Source: Acidobacteriota bacterium (GTDB taxonomy: Bacteria; Acidobacteriota; Thermoanaerobaculia; Thermoanaerobaculales; Sulfomarinibacteraceae). Taken from it: DNA of 64,000 nucleotides. Made by a program: the position numbers and the translations under genes. The stretch lies in NCBI GenBank assembly GCA_022340775.1, contig JAJDNH010000088.1:13464-77463 (forward strand), written 5' to 3'. Under the pieces are notes generated by a model. It worked only from the letters and a program-made list of their open reading frames with translations. It ran no database searches and was not told where the DNA came from. This document shows, piece by piece, positions 52,047-62,396 of this stretch (positions are counted from its first letter, which is position 1; each line of letters starts with the position of its first letter).

Positions 52047-52676
52047 ATGGCCGTCGAACGCAGCGCAAGGAACACCGGCTACGACGAAAAGCTGGAGCAC
52101 GTGCTGCGCGCCGGGGCACGGGTGATCGCGCGCGAAGGGTACGGCCAGGCAACGATCCGCCAGGTGGCGCGCGAGGCCAACATGAGCCTGGCCGGGCTCT
52201 ACCACTACTTCGCCTCGAAGGAGGAGCTGCTGTTCCAGATCCAGTTCCACACCTTCGACGCCATTGTGGAGGAGCTCGAGCGCAAGCTGGAGGGCGTGGA
52301 GGAGCCGGACGAGCGGCTCCGGGTGATGATCGAGAACCACCTCGAGCACTTCCTGGCCCGCATGAACGAGCTCAAGGTGTGCGCACACGAGCTGGGCTCG
52401 CTGCACGGCGACTACTACGAGCGGGTCGGGACGGTGCGGCGGAGGTACTTCGGGATCACGCTCGAGACGGTGAAGTCGATCGCCGCCGCGGCCGGCGGGT
52501 CGAAGATCGATGCCCGGCTGGCGACCCTGTACCTGTTCGGGATGCTGAACTGGATCTACATGTGGTACCCGGAAGAGGACGGCGTCGGCGGCGGCAGGCT
52601 CGCCGACCAGATGCTGGCACTGTTCCTGGACGGCTACCTGCCGCGGGCCGGCGGCCCGAAGAGAAACGGAGGTTGA
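52047..52676 (+). CDS. TetR/AcrR-family transcriptional regulator
   Basis: The N-terminal HTH reads GYGQATIRQVAREANMSLAGLYHYFASKEELL. It ends 4 nt before the reductase genes. Confidence 0.9.
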   Translation: MAVERSARNTGYDEKLEHVLRAGARVIAREGYGQATIRQVAREANMSLAGLYHYFASKEELLFQIQFHTFDAIVEELERKLEGVEEPDERLRVMIENHLEHFLARMNELKVCAHELGSLHGDYYERVGTVRRRYFGITLETVKSIAAAAGGSKIDARLATLYLFGMLNWIYMWYPEEDGVGGGRLADQMLALFLDGYLPRAGGPKRNGG

Positions 52677-52680
52677 GGTC

Positions 52681-53820
52681 ATGTTCGAGCAGTTCGTGGA
52701 GTGGGAGCGGAACCGGCACGACTATGCCCGCCGGTGGAAGGAGCGTACCGGGGGCAAGGTCCTCGGCTACTTCTGCACCTACGTTCCGGAGGAGATCCCG
52801 TACGCGGCCGGTGTGCTGCCGGTGAGGATCCTCGGCAGCCATGAGCCGCAGGACGTCACCGAGCCACACATCTTCGGCATGTTCTGCCCGTTCTGCCGGG
52901 ACTGCCTGGCGCAGGGGCTCAAGGGCCGCTACGACTACCTCGACGGGATCATGATCGCACAGAGCTGCCTGCACATCCGGCAGGCTTTCACCAGCTGGCA
53001 GAAGCACGTCCCCACCTCGTACTCCTACTACCTCCCGTTCCCTCACGGGGTACAGAGCAAGCGAGCCTACCCCTACCTGGCCGGCGAGCTGGAGGCGTTC
53101 CAGCGTTCGATCGAGGAGTGGACCGGGCGCACGATCAGCGACCAGGAGCTGACACAGTCGATCGACACCTACAACACCAGCCGCCGCCTGCTGCGCGAGG
53201 TGTACGAGCTGCGCAGGGGCCCCAAACCGGCTCTCACCGGTGAGGAGGCGATGGAGATGGTGATCTCCAACCAGATGGTGGACAAGGCCGACCACAACCG
53301 CGCGCTGACCGAGCTGCTCGAGAAGCTGCCGGGACGCTCGCCCGACTCTGGAGACGGCATCCGCCTGATGATCATCGGCAGCGAGGACGACGACATCCCG
53401 TTCATCCGCATGGTCGAGTCGCTCGGCGCAACGATCGTGATTGACGAGCACTGCACCGGCACCCGCTACTTCTGGAACCAGGTGGAGGCCAACGGCAACC
53501 TGCACCAGGCGCTCGCCGCCCGCTACATCGACCGGCCCGCCTGCCCGTCCAAGGACTGGCCGGTAAGGACCCGCATCCCGCACGCGCTGTCGCTCGCCAA
53601 GGAGTACGACGTGAAGGGAGCGATCCTGATCCAGCAGAAGTTCTGCGACCCCCACGAGCTGGACATTCCGGCCCTCAAGAAAGCCTTCGAAGAGGCCGGG
53701 ATCCCGACTCTGTTCCTGGAGTTCGACGTCACCGTCCCACTCGGCCAGTTCCGGATCCGGGTCGAAGCGTTCCTGGAGATGCTGAGCCAGGCGGACATGT
53801 TCGACGACGACCTCTTCTGA
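52681..53820 (+). CDS. benzoyl-CoA reductase BcrC/BadD/BzdN-like subunit (2-hydroxyacyl-CoA dehydratase family)
   Basis: 379 aa with [21 protein letters not shown], conserved Cys residues ([18 protein letters not shown]) and [11 protein letters not shown]. Confidence 0.75.
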   Translation: MFEQFVEWERNRHDYARRWKERTGGKVLGYFCTYVPEEIPYAAGVLPVRILGSHEPQDVTEPHIFGMFCPFCRDCLAQGLKGRYDYLDGIMIAQSCLHIRQAFTSWQKHVPTSYSYYLPFPHGVQSKRAYPYLAGELEAFQRSIEEWTGRTISDQELTQSIDTYNTSRRLLREVYELRRGPKPALTGEEAMEMVISNQMVDKADHNRALTELLEKLPGRSPDSGDGIRLMIIGSEDDDIPFIRMVESLGATIVIDEHCTGTRYFWNQVEANGNLHQALAARYIDRPACPSKDWPVRTRIPHALSLAKEYDVKGAILIQQKFCDPHELDIPALKKAFEEAGIPTLFLEFDVTVPLGQFRIRVEAFLEMLSQADMFDDDLF

Positions 53821-53837
53821 TCGGGATGGAGGACACG

Positions 53838-55151
53838 ATGGCAGCCAAGACAATCTACCCGACGCGGCCCCTCGCCACCTGGAAGAAGGCCAAGGAGCTG
53901 CGAAACACCTACTACAAGGAGTACGCCACCGCCCACGATCGCGGCGCCATCCGCTGGGCCGGCGGCGCGTGGAGCCTGGGCGCGGTCCCGGCCGGCCTCG
54001 GCCGCGACGTGTGCTGCCTGACCAGCGAGCCGTATGGAGCCTCGATCGCCTGGGACCGCGACTTCTCGCTGCAGTGCCTGGAGGCGGTCGAGAAGCGCGG
54101 CTACGCCCGCGACCTGTGCTCGTACATGCGCAACTACTGGGGCTCGCTGCTCCTCGACAAGTACGCGTTCGGCGGCCCGTTCCCGAAGCCGGACTTCATC
54201 TGGCAGGACCACATCTGCTGCTCGCACGCCAAGTGGTACCAGGTGGTGACCGACTTCGAGCCCGAGATCCCCCACTTTTCCATCGACGTCTCGGTCGGCC
54301 CGTACCACGAGCTGACCGAGAACCGCCTCGAGTACCTGGTGGCGCAGATGCACGACGGCATCGAGTGGATGGAGAAGGTCACGGGACGCACCTATGACGA
54401 CGAGCTGCTCATCGAGGCGGTAGAGAACGAGTGCCGTTCGACCTCGGTGTGGGCGGAAGTCTGCGCCCTCAACAAGGCGGTCCCGGCACCGCTCGACGAG
54501 AAGAGCATGTACTCGCTGTACGCCCTGGGAACGCTGATGAAGCACGACCGCCGGGTCGCCGACTACTACGAGGAGCTGCGCGACGAGGTCGCCGACCGGG
54601 TGGCGAACGGCATCGCTGCGGTCGGCAACGAGCGCTGCCGGGTGATGTCCGACACGCAGCCGCCCTGGGCCTTTCTCGAGGTATTCCGTTACCTCGAGGA
54701 GTTCGGATGCGTCTCGGTCGGCTCGCTCTACACGTTCGGGCTGATCGGCATGTGGGAGGTCGGTGAGGATGGCACCTGGGGGCCTCGCAAGACCCCGATG
54801 CAGAAGGGCATCGAGATCAAGGACCGCGATCAGGCGCTGAGGATTTTGGCCGAGTGGAACCTCTCCAAGCCGGAGTGGCAGCACTTTTACTCGCCCCACC
54901 TCAAGAGCGAGATGATGATCCGCATCGGCCGTGAGTGGCAGCTCAACGGGGTGATGTTGCACTACAACCGCGGCTGCGAAGGGCTGACGGTAGGGATCGC
55001 CGAGAACCGCCTCGCGCTGCTCGAGGCCGGCTTCCCGGTCATGACCTTCGAGGGCAACATGGGCGACGAGCGCGAGTTCGACCGGGCCCGCACCCTGGCC
55101 CGAATCGACGCCTTCATGGAAACCTTGAACCTGCGCCGCCTGGCCAGCTGA
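53838..55151 (+). CDS. benzoyl-CoA reductase BcrB/BadE/BzdO-like subunit (2-hydroxyacyl-CoA dehydratase family)
   Basis: ATG 53838 follows GGAGGA. About 437 aa with [20 protein letters not shown] and [10 protein letters not shown]. Confidence 0.75.
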   Translation: MAAKTIYPTRPLATWKKAKELRNTYYKEYATAHDRGAIRWAGGAWSLGAVPAGLGRDVCCLTSEPYGASIAWDRDFSLQCLEAVEKRGYARDLCSYMRNYWGSLLLDKYAFGGPFPKPDFIWQDHICCSHAKWYQVVTDFEPEIPHFSIDVSVGPYHELTENRLEYLVAQMHDGIEWMEKVTGRTYDDELLIEAVENECRSTSVWAEVCALNKAVPAPLDEKSMYSLYALGTLMKHDRRVADYYEELRDEVADRVANGIAAVGNERCRVMSDTQPPWAFLEVFRYLEEFGCVSVGSLYTFGLIGMWEVGEDGTWGPRKTPMQKGIEIKDRDQALRILAEWNLSKPEWQHFYSPHLKSEMMIRIGREWQLNGVMLHYNRGCEGLTVGIAENRLALLEAGFPVMTFEGNMGDEREFDRARTLARIDAFMETLNLRRLAS

Positions 55152-55177
55152 CGGCTCGACGAAAAGGGGGTACACCC

Positions 55178-55963
55178 GTGATTACGGCAGGAATCGACAT
55201 CGGAGCCAAGACCATCAAGGTGGTCGTGGTCAAGGACGGAGAGCTCGTCGGCAAGGGCATCGTGCTCGCGGGTCTCGACACCAAGACCGCGCTCGACGGC
55301 GTCGTCAAGGAAGCCCTCGAGGCCGCCGGCGGGCTCTCGCTCGACGACATCGACTTCATCTTGGGAACCGGCGCCGGCCGCCAGGAGGTGTCATTTGCCA
55401 ACGACCAGGTGACGGAAGTCAGTGCGGACGCCAAGGGCGCCTGCACGCTGATCCCGAGCGCCCGCACGGTCATTGACGTCGGCGCCGAGGAAGGACGGGC
55501 CGTACGTTGTAGAGACGACGGCAAGGTCGAGGACTTCGCGGTCAACGAGAAGTGTGCCGCCGGTGCCGGCACCTTCACCGAGGCGATGGCGCGGGCTCTC
55601 GAGGTCGACCTCGAGGAGCTCGGGGCAATGGCGCTGCGCTCGACCCAGGCCGTACCGATGAACGCACAGTGCACTGTGTTCGCGGAGAGCGAGGTCGTGT
55701 CCCTGCTCCATGCCAAGACGCCGAAGGAGGACATCTCCCGGGCGGTCCACGACGCGATGGCGTCGCGCATCACCTCGATGGTGCGCAAGGTCGGCTTCCA
55801 GAAGGACGTGGTACTGGTCGGCGGGCTGGCCCGCAACCCCGGCTTCGTCCAGTCGTTGAAGCGGGGTCTGGAGAGTGACGTGCTAGTGCCATCCGACCCC
55901 GAGTACGTCGGCGCCTACGGAGCGGCTCTGATCGCCGCCGAGCGGGTCCAGGAAGGGAGGTAG
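55178..55963 (+). CDS. BcrD/BadG/BzdP-like ATPase (BcrAD_BadFG activase family)
   Basis: GTG 55178. AGIDIGAKTIKVVV, NEKCAAGAGTF (cluster-bridging Cys region) and GGLARNPGF. 262 aa. Confidence 0.8.
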   Translation: MITAGIDIGAKTIKVVVVKDGELVGKGIVLAGLDTKTALDGVVKEALEAAGGLSLDDIDFILGTGAGRQEVSFANDQVTEVSADAKGACTLIPSARTVIDVGAEEGRAVRCRDDGKVEDFAVNEKCAAGAGTFTEAMARALEVDLEELGAMALRSTQAVPMNAQCTVFAESEVVSLLHAKTPKEDISRAVHDAMASRITSMVRKVGFQKDVVLVGGLARNPGFVQSLKRGLESDVLVPSDPEYVGAYGAALIAAERVQEGR

Positions 55964-55965
55964 CC

Positions 55966-56838
55966 ATGGCGGTCGAGTTCTGGCGCTGGAAGGAGTACAA
56001 CTGGCATGATCCGGAGGCGGACCCGCGAGCCGCCGAGGTGCTGTCGGTAGGCATCGACGTCGGCTCGGTGAGCTCGCAGGCGGTGATCATGGCCGACGGC
56101 AAGCTGTTCGCCTTCTCGAACATGCGAACCGGGTCCGATAGCCCCGAGAGCGCCAGCAAGGCGCTCGCCTGGGCGCTCGAGGACACCGGCCTCACGCTCG
56201 AGGATCTGCACTACGCCGTCGGCACCGGGTACGGCCGCGTCAACGTGCCGTTCGCACAGAAGGCGATCACCGAGATCGCCTGCCACGCCCGTGGTGCCAA
56301 CTTCATGTATGGCCCGGCGGTACGCACGGTCCTCGACATGGGCGGCCAGGACTGCAAGGCCATCCACTGCGACGAAAAGGGCAAGGTGCGCGCGTTCCTG
56401 ATGAACGACAAGTGCGCCGCCGGCACCGGCCGCGGTATGGAGGTCATGGCCGACCTGCTGTCGGTGCCGATCGAGGAGGTCGGCGAGATGTCGCTCGACG
56501 TCGACGAGGAGCCGCCGCCGGTCTCGAGCACATGCGTGGTCTTCGCCAAGAGCGAGGCCTCCGGGTTGCTGCGACAGGGGTGGCCGAAGAACCGCGTCCT
56601 CGCCTCTTACTGCTCGGCGATGGCCCACCGCGTGTGCGCCCTGCTCGAGCGCATCGGTATCGAGGAGAGCTTCGCGATCACCGGCGGCATCGCCAAGAAC
56701 TCCGGGGTGGTCAGCCGCATCGAGAAGGAGCTCGGGGTCGAGGCGCTGAAGACCGAGACCGACAGCCAGATCGCGGGCGCCGCCGGCGCAGCCCTGTTCG
56801 CGCGGGCGCTGTACCTGAAGTCGAAGAGCGGCAACTGA
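55966..56838 (+). CDS. BcrA/BadF/BzdQ-like ATPase (BcrAD_BadFG activase family)
   Basis: VGIDVGSVSSQAVIM, DMGGQDCKAI, NDKCAAGTGRG and GGIAKNSG. At 290 aa it has the short form seen in bzd-type enzymes. Confidence 0.8.
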   Translation: MAVEFWRWKEYNWHDPEADPRAAEVLSVGIDVGSVSSQAVIMADGKLFAFSNMRTGSDSPESASKALAWALEDTGLTLEDLHYAVGTGYGRVNVPFAQKAITEIACHARGANFMYGPAVRTVLDMGGQDCKAIHCDEKGKVRAFLMNDKCAAGTGRGMEVMADLLSVPIEEVGEMSLDVDEEPPPVSSTCVVFAKSEASGLLRQGWPKNRVLASYCSAMAHRVCALLERIGIEESFAITGGIAKNSGVVSRIEKELGVEALKTETDSQIAGAAGAALFARALYLKSKSGN

Positions 56839-56839
56839 G

Positions 56840-57121
56840 ATGCTGGCGAACTACGGCTACACCGACGGCTCAGGGGAGTATTTCATCACCGTTGACACTG
56901 ACAAATGCGTCGAGTGCGAGGGTCGTCCCTGCGCCGGCGCCTGTCCCGCCGGCGTGATCGAGATCATCACCGACGATTACGACGACCAGGTGTGCGCGGT
57001 GCGCGACGAGCACCGCAAGCAGATCAAGTACTCGTGCGCGCCGTGCAAGCCGGCCTCCGGCTGGAAGACGCTGCCCTGTACGGACGCCTGTCCGCACGAT
57101 GCGCTGACGCACTCGTGGTAG
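56840..57121 (+). CDS. ferredoxin-like protein with two atypically spaced Cys clusters
   Basis: CVECEGRPCAGACP and CAPCKPASGWKTLPCTDACP. The ATG follows the upstream stop after a single spacer base. Confidence 0.7.
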   Translation: MLANYGYTDGSGEYFITVDTDKCVECEGRPCAGACPAGVIEIITDDYDDQVCAVRDEHRKQIKYSCAPCKPASGWKTLPCTDACPHDALTHSW

Positions 57122-57172
57122 CGGGCCTGGCAGAACCTCGTGACGCATGGGAATGGCTGAGCGGAGGCGCTG

Positions 57173-59686
57173 ATGGCCACGATCGAGATTGACGGCAAGC
57201 GAATCGAGGCCGACGAAGGCGACACCGTGCTCGCCGCGGCGCTGGCAAGCAACATCTACATCCCCCACCTGTGCTCCCACCCCGACCTCCCGCCGGGGCG
57301 CTCCGCCACCCCGTCAGAGGCGGTGTACCGCGCCGGCGAGCGCATCGAGCACGACGGCGGCAGCGAGCCTTTCGACGGTTGCGGCCTATGCTTCGTCGAG
57401 GTGGAGGGGTACAACGAGCCACAGCACGCATGTGACCTGCCGGCTCACGAGGGGACCGTCGTGCGCACCGATTCGCCGGAGCTCACGGCGCTGCGCCGCC
57501 AACGCCTGGCAGTAATCCTGGCCCACCACCCACACGCCTGCATCACCTGCGCCCAGAAGGAGGGTTGCAGCCGCGAGCCCTGCTCGACCGGCGTTCCGGT
57601 CACCGAACGGTGCTGCCCGCTGCTCGGTCGGTGCGAACTGGAGAAGGTCGCTTCGTACATCGGCGTACCGCCCGAGGTGCCCCGCTACGTACCGCGCGGT
57701 CTGCCGGTCGAGACCGACATCCTGTTCCGCTGGGAGCCGGAGCTGTGTGTGGGCTGCCTGCGTTGCGTGCGGGCCTGCTCCGACCTCAAGGGCGTCAACG
57801 CACTTGGCTGGGTGCGCCACGCCGGCGAGGTCGTGGTCGGCCGCCTCGGCCCCGACACCGAACGCGCCGACTGTAGGCTGTGCGGCGCCTGCGTCGAGGT
57901 CTGCCCGACCGGCGCCTTGACCGATCGCGACGTGCCGGCGGCCGGCCGCGAGGCGCGGCTGGTGCCTTGCCGCAGCGGATGCCCCGCCGGCATGGACGTG
58001 CCGCGCTTCCTGCGCGCCGTCGGCCGCGGCGACCTCGAGGACGCCGCCCGCGTTGCCATGGACCGTTTGCCGCTGCCGAACAGTCTCGGACGGGTGTGCT
58101 TTCACCCGTGCGAGGGCGAGTGCCGGCGCAGCGATTTCGGTGGCCCTCTGTCGGTGTGCCGGCTGCGCCGCCACGTCTTCGACAGCATCAGCCCCGACTC
58201 CCTCGAGTGGCAACCGTCGACGGACACGCCCCACCGGGTGGCGGTCATCGGCGCCGGCCCGGCCGGTCTCGCGGCCGCTCATTTCCTCCGCCGCAGCGGC
58301 CACCATGTGACCATCTTCGAGGCCGAGGCCGAGGCCGGTGGCATGCTGCGCTACGGCATCCCCGAGTACCGGCTGCCGCGCGAGGTCCTGGATCGGGATC
58401 TCGAGCTGATCACCGCCCAGGGCGTCGAGCTGCGGCTGAGCCAGGCGCTCGGAAACGATGTGACCCTGGAGGGCCTGCGCGCCGGCGGCTACGAGGCTGT
58501 GATCATCACCGCTGGCGCCGGAGCGCCCCGGCCGCTGCCGATCGACGGCACGGACCTCGACGGGGTGATGAGCGGGATCGACCTGCTCAAGGAGGTCGCC
58601 TCCGGAACCTTCGATCGCACCTCCCTACAGGGACGCCGGACCGTGGTCATCGGTGGCGGAAACGTCGCCATCGACGCCGCGCGTACCGCTGTGCGGCTCG
58701 GCGCGGCCGAGATCATCCTCGCCTGCCTCGAGCGCGAGGAGGAGATGCCGGCCTACCGCAGCGAGGTCGAGGAGGCCCGCGCCGAGGGGGTGACGATCCT
58801 CCCCTCCTGGGGCCCGAGCGAGATCCTGAACGGCGACGGCAGGGTGAGTGGCATCCGTCTGGTCCGCTGCACCGCAGTGTTCGACGCTGCGGGCCGTTTT
58901 GCCCCAACCTACGACCGTGAGACCGTGCACGAGATCGGTGCAGACGCCGTGATCCTGGCCATCGGCCAACAGGTCAGCCCGAGCCTGGGCGGGATCGAGG
59001 GCCTCGAGCTGAGCGACGGCGGCCTGCTGCGGGTCAACCTCGACGACGGCGCCTGTGGCGGTGGGCTGTTCGGCGCCGGCGACATCGCTACCGGACCGGC
59101 TTCGGTGGTCCTGGCCGTCGCGGGTGCGCGTCGTGCGGCCGAGTCGGTGGACCGATTCCTGGGCGGCGACGGCGCCATCGCCTCGATCCTCGAGCCCGAG
59201 CAGCCAAGCCAGTGGCTGGGGTCCGATCCCGGGTTCGCCGCCAGGGAGAGAGCCGAGGCCGCCCTGGCCGCCCTGGATCCCCGCATCGCCGGCTTCGGCG
59301 AGGTCGAGGGGCCGCTCGACGACACCGTGGCGCGAGCAGAGGCGGCTCGTTGCCTGCAGTGCGACCTGCGGTTTCTGCTCTCGCCGCCCCATCTGCCGCC
59401 GCAGCTGTGGCTGGCACTGGATGCCGAAGCGGTGGCGGGCGTGCCCGAGCGTGACGGCGTCTACCAGCTGCTCAGCCCTGATCACGTCGCGATCAAGATC
59501 GCCGGCACCCCGAACCTGCGCCGCGCGCTCGAGGAGGAGTTGGCAACGGGGTCTTCCGCCGCGTTCTTCGTCTTCGACGAGGACCCGATGTACACCAAGC
59601 GCGAGAGCGAACTCATCCAGCAGTTCCTGGCCCAGCACGGACACCTGCCCCAAGGTGGCGACGATGAGCTGGATGATCTGTTCTAG
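57173..59686 (+). CDS. multidomain oxidoreductase: NuoG-N-like 2Fe-2S/4Fe-4S module + GltD-like FAD/NAD(P)H module (candidate ferredoxin-reducing enzyme)
   Basis: IEIDGKRIEADEGDTVL, CGLCFVEV, HHPHACITC, CVGCLRCVRAC, CRLCGACVEVCPTGA and VAVIGAGPAGLAAAHFL...GGMLRYGIPEYRLP. Confidence 0.8.
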   Translation: MATIEIDGKRIEADEGDTVLAAALASNIYIPHLCSHPDLPPGRSATPSEAVYRAGERIEHDGGSEPFDGCGLCFVEVEGYNEPQHACDLPAHEGTVVRTDSPELTALRRQRLAVILAHHPHACITCAQKEGCSREPCSTGVPVTERCCPLLGRCELEKVASYIGVPPEVPRYVPRGLPVETDILFRWEPELCVGCLRCVRACSDLKGVNALGWVRHAGEVVVGRLGPDTERADCRLCGACVEVCPTGALTDRDVPAAGREARLVPCRSGCPAGMDVPRFLRAVGRGDLEDAARVAMDRLPLPNSLGRVCFHPCEGECRRSDFGGPLSVCRLRRHVFDSISPDSLEWQPSTDTPHRVAVIGAGPAGLAAAHFLRRSGHHVTIFEAEAEAGGMLRYGIPEYRLPREVLDRDLELITAQGVELRLSQALGNDVTLEGLRAGGYEAVIITAGAGAPRPLPIDGTDLDGVMSGIDLLKEVASGTFDRTSLQGRRTVVIGGGNVAIDAARTAVRLGAAEIILACLEREEEMPAYRSEVEEARAEGVTILPSWGPSEILNGDGRVSGIRLVRCTAVFDAAGRFAPTYDRETVHEIGADAVILAIGQQVSPSLGGIEGLELSDGGLLRVNLDDGACGGGLFGAGDIATGPASVVLAVAGARRAAESVDRFLGGDGAIASILEPEQPSQWLGSDPGFAARERAEAALAALDPRIAGFGEVEGPLDDTVARAEAARCLQCDLRFLLSPPHLPPQLWLALDAEAVAGVPERDGVYQLLSPDHVAIKIAGTPNLRRALEEELATGSSAAFFVFDEDPMYTKRESELIQQFLAQHGHLPQGGDDELDDLF

Positions 59687-59730
59687 CCTCATCGGAGCCT
59701 GGAGCTACAATCGTGGTCGGAGGTGAGTTG

Positions 59731-59964
59731 ATGGCCGAGAAGAGTGGGCCGCAGGGGGACGCCGTCGACGAGGAGGGCTGGACGAAGCAAACGACCACCG
59801 ACGAGCCCCGGCTATCGGAGCTGGTCGAGCTGTACCAGGAGCTCGGCTTCGAAGTTCAGCTCCGTCCGGTCTCGCGGGAGGACCTCGGTGCCGACTGCGC
59901 GGAGTGCTACCTGGTGTTTCCCGAACGGTTCCGAACGATCTACACCCGCCCAAAGGGCGAGTGA
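59731..59964 (+). CDS. small acidic hypothetical protein (77 aa)
   Basis: ATG 59731 follows GGAGGTGA. It contains CAEC. Coding-like composition, but no family recognised. Confidence 0.45.
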   Translation: MAEKSGPQGDAVDEEGWTKQTTTDEPRLSELVELYQELGFEVQLRPVSREDLGADCAECYLVFPERFRTIYTRPKGE

Positions 59965-60021
59965 GAGAATGTCTGGGCCCGGTTCCGGGCGGCGGAAAAC
60001 GGGCAGGGAGGTAAGCGTCTC

Positions 60022-61263
60022 GTGAGTCGCAACGAATCACCGATCAAGAAGCTGCGCTCGACCGCCGCGCTGCGAGACCTGATGGCCGACTACTACCATG
60101 AGCTCGACGAGGCCGCCGGCTCCGGCCCCGCCAAGGTAGCCTGGTGCAACAGCGTTGGCCCCGCAGAGCTGCTGCGGGCACTCGGTTTCAAGGTGTACTT
60201 CCCCGAAAACCACGGCGCCATGCTGGGCGCGACACGAATGGCAACGGATCTCATCCCGGCCGCCAACGCCCTCGGCTACTCTCCCGAGATCTGCTCCTAC
60301 CTCACCAGCGACATCGGCTCGTACGTCAGCCGCACGACGCCGCTGACCAGAGCGTACGGACTGGCGTCGGTCCCGACCCCGGATGTTCTCGTCTACAACA
60401 CCAACCAGTGCCGCGACGTCCAGGACTGGTTCGCGTTCTACAAGCGGGAGCTCGGGATACCCATGATCGGCATCGAGACCCCGCGCAGCTTGAGCCGTAT
60501 CACTCCCGACATTGTGGAAGACCTGGCCGCCCAGCACCGGGCGCTGGTGCCCGAGTTGGAGAGGATCGCCGGTGCGAGCCTCGACCCCGATCGGCTCCGC
60601 GCCGTAACCGCCTCCTCGTTCCGCTGCACCGAGCTGTGGCGCGAGGTCCTCCGTACAGCCTGCTGCCGCCCGGCGCCACTCACCTACTTCGACGCCACCA
60701 TCCAGATGGGCCCGGCGGTCGTTCTCCGTGGCGACGAGCGCGCCGAGCGCTACTACGAGGCCCTCCTCGAGGAGCTCAGGGAACGCATGCAGGAAGGCGT
60801 CGGTGCGGTCGATGACGAGAGGCACAGGTTCTACTGGGAAGGGATGCCGGTGTGGGGCAAGCTCCGGGAGCACGCCGAGCAGTTCGCGTCCCTCAACGCC
60901 TGCGTCGTCGCATCCACTTACTGCAACAGCTGGATCTTCGAGGCCCTCGCCGATTACGACCCCTTTACCGGCATGGCGCGCGCCTACTCGGAGCTGTTCA
61001 TCGTCAGGTCCGAGGCGTACAAGCAGCACTACCTGGAGACAATGGCTCGCGACTACGCCATCGACGGCTTCATCTTCCACAACGCCAAGACTTGCCCCAA
61101 CAACTCCAACTGCAACTACGGCATGCACGTGCGCCTGAGCAAGAAGCTCGACATCCCACACATCGTGATCGACGGCGACCTCAACGACCTGCGGCTCTAC
61201 TCGGAGGAGCAGACGCGAACCCAGATCGAGGCCCTGGTCGAGCAGCTGGAAGGGATCATGTAG
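60022..61263 (+). CDS. 2-hydroxyacyl-CoA dehydratase-family protein, single-subunit (YjiM-like)
   Basis: VAWCNSVGPAELLRALGFKVYFPENHG, EICSYLTSD and FIFHNAKTCPNNS. No second large subunit lies adjacent. Confidence 0.75.
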   Translation: MSRNESPIKKLRSTAALRDLMADYYHELDEAAGSGPAKVAWCNSVGPAELLRALGFKVYFPENHGAMLGATRMATDLIPAANALGYSPEICSYLTSDIGSYVSRTTPLTRAYGLASVPTPDVLVYNTNQCRDVQDWFAFYKRELGIPMIGIETPRSLSRITPDIVEDLAAQHRALVPELERIAGASLDPDRLRAVTASSFRCTELWREVLRTACCRPAPLTYFDATIQMGPAVVLRGDERAERYYEALLEELRERMQEGVGAVDDERHRFYWEGMPVWGKLREHAEQFASLNACVVASTYCNSWIFEALADYDPFTGMARAYSELFIVRSEAYKQHYLETMARDYAIDGFIFHNAKTCPNNSNCNYGMHVRLSKKLDIPHIVIDGDLNDLRLYSEEQTRTQIEALVEQLEGIM

Positions 61264-62121
61264 ATGCCGTCCCCGGGCTCCAAGTCCGCGGGTCCTGGCC
61301 GCGAGAGCTCCAGCGCGAAGCTCTTCTGCGGCGTTGATCTCGGCGCCTCGGCGGCCAAGCTGGTGCTGCTCGACGAGGAGCACACGGTCCGTGCCACCGT
61401 CGTCAAGCCATCCGGTGTGGACTACGCGGCCACCGCGCGCGCCTGCCTCGCCGAGGCGCTGGAGTCTCTCGGCGCAGACGACCTGCGGCCTGCCCGCACC
61501 GTGTCGACCGGATACGGCCGCCGCAACGTCGAGTACGCCGACGCCAGCGCAACGGAGATCCACTGTCACGGAATCGGCTGCTACCACCATCTCGGGCACG
61601 CCATGACGATCGTCGACATCGGCGGCCAGGACAACAAGATCATCCGCCTCGGCGCCGACGGAAAGCGGGTCGGCTTCAGAATGAACCGCAAGTGCGCCGC
61701 CGGCACCGGCGCCTTCATCGAGGAGATTGCTCTGCGTCTCGGGCTGCCGCTGGACCAGATGGAGGGGCTCGCCCGCGAGGCCCCGACGGCGGTCAAGCTC
61801 TCGAGCTTCTGCACCGTGTTCGCCAAGACCGAGATCCTGTCGCACCTGCGCGACGGGGTTCCCGTTTCAGCCATTGTCCGCGGGGCGTTCCGCTCGGTCG
61901 TGGTCCGGGTCATGGAGATGGACCCGCTCGATGGCAACGTCGTGCTGAGCGGCGGCGTCGTGGCCCACAACCCGACGATCGCCGACATCCTGGAAGCGGA
62001 GCTCGGCCGCCCGGTCGAGATCGCTCCCGATCCGCAGCTCACCGGGGCGCTCGGCGCCGCGCTGGTGGCGGCGGGAAACCAGGCCACCACCCACCTTCCC
62101 AGTGACCGAGTGACGAGGTGA
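61264..62121 (+). CDS. acyl-CoA dehydratase activase (BcrAD_BadFG ATPase, YjiL/HgdC-like)
   Basis: GVDLGASAAKLVLLD, DIGGQDNKII, NRKCAAGTGAF and GGVVAHNP. The 3' end and stop lie in an inverted repeat cassette. Confidence 0.8.
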   Translation: MPSPGSKSAGPGRESSSAKLFCGVDLGASAAKLVLLDEEHTVRATVVKPSGVDYAATARACLAEALESLGADDLRPARTVSTGYGRRNVEYADASATEIHCHGIGCYHHLGHAMTIVDIGGQDNKIIRLGADGKRVGFRMNRKCAAGTGAFIEEIALRLGLPLDQMEGLAREAPTAVKLSSFCTVFAKTEILSHLRDGVPVSAIVRGAFRSVVVRVMEMDPLDGNVVLSGGVVAHNPTIADILEAELGRPVEIAPDPQLTGALGAALVAAGNQATTHLPSDRVTR

Positions 62122-62176
62122 CGGAGACCCCCCACCCACCCGCAAGACGCTAGACGCTAGAAGCGAGATGGGCGGT
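62100..62176 (-). repeat. G-box/word cassettes, inverted orientation
   Basis: AGTGACCGAGTGACGAGGTGACGGAG is the reverse of the CTCCGTCAC words. It is followed by CCCCCCACCCACCC and GCAAGACGCTAGACGCTAGAAGCGAG. Confidence 0.75.
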
Positions 62177-62396
62177 CGCACCGCGACTACAGGCCGCCGT
62201 GGCACGTCGTATTCTTCAAGCCCGGGTTATCCGGGCGCGATCGTAGCGAGAGCGGCGAGACGTCCGTCAGCGCTGGGTTCTGAACGTCGAGCTGCCGGAG
62301 GCATACTGCCTGTATGTTGAGGACAGCGAGACGTGAAGAGCACAGCGATGGCTGGCGTATCGCCGGTCGCAGTAGATTGCACACGGATGACCCGGG

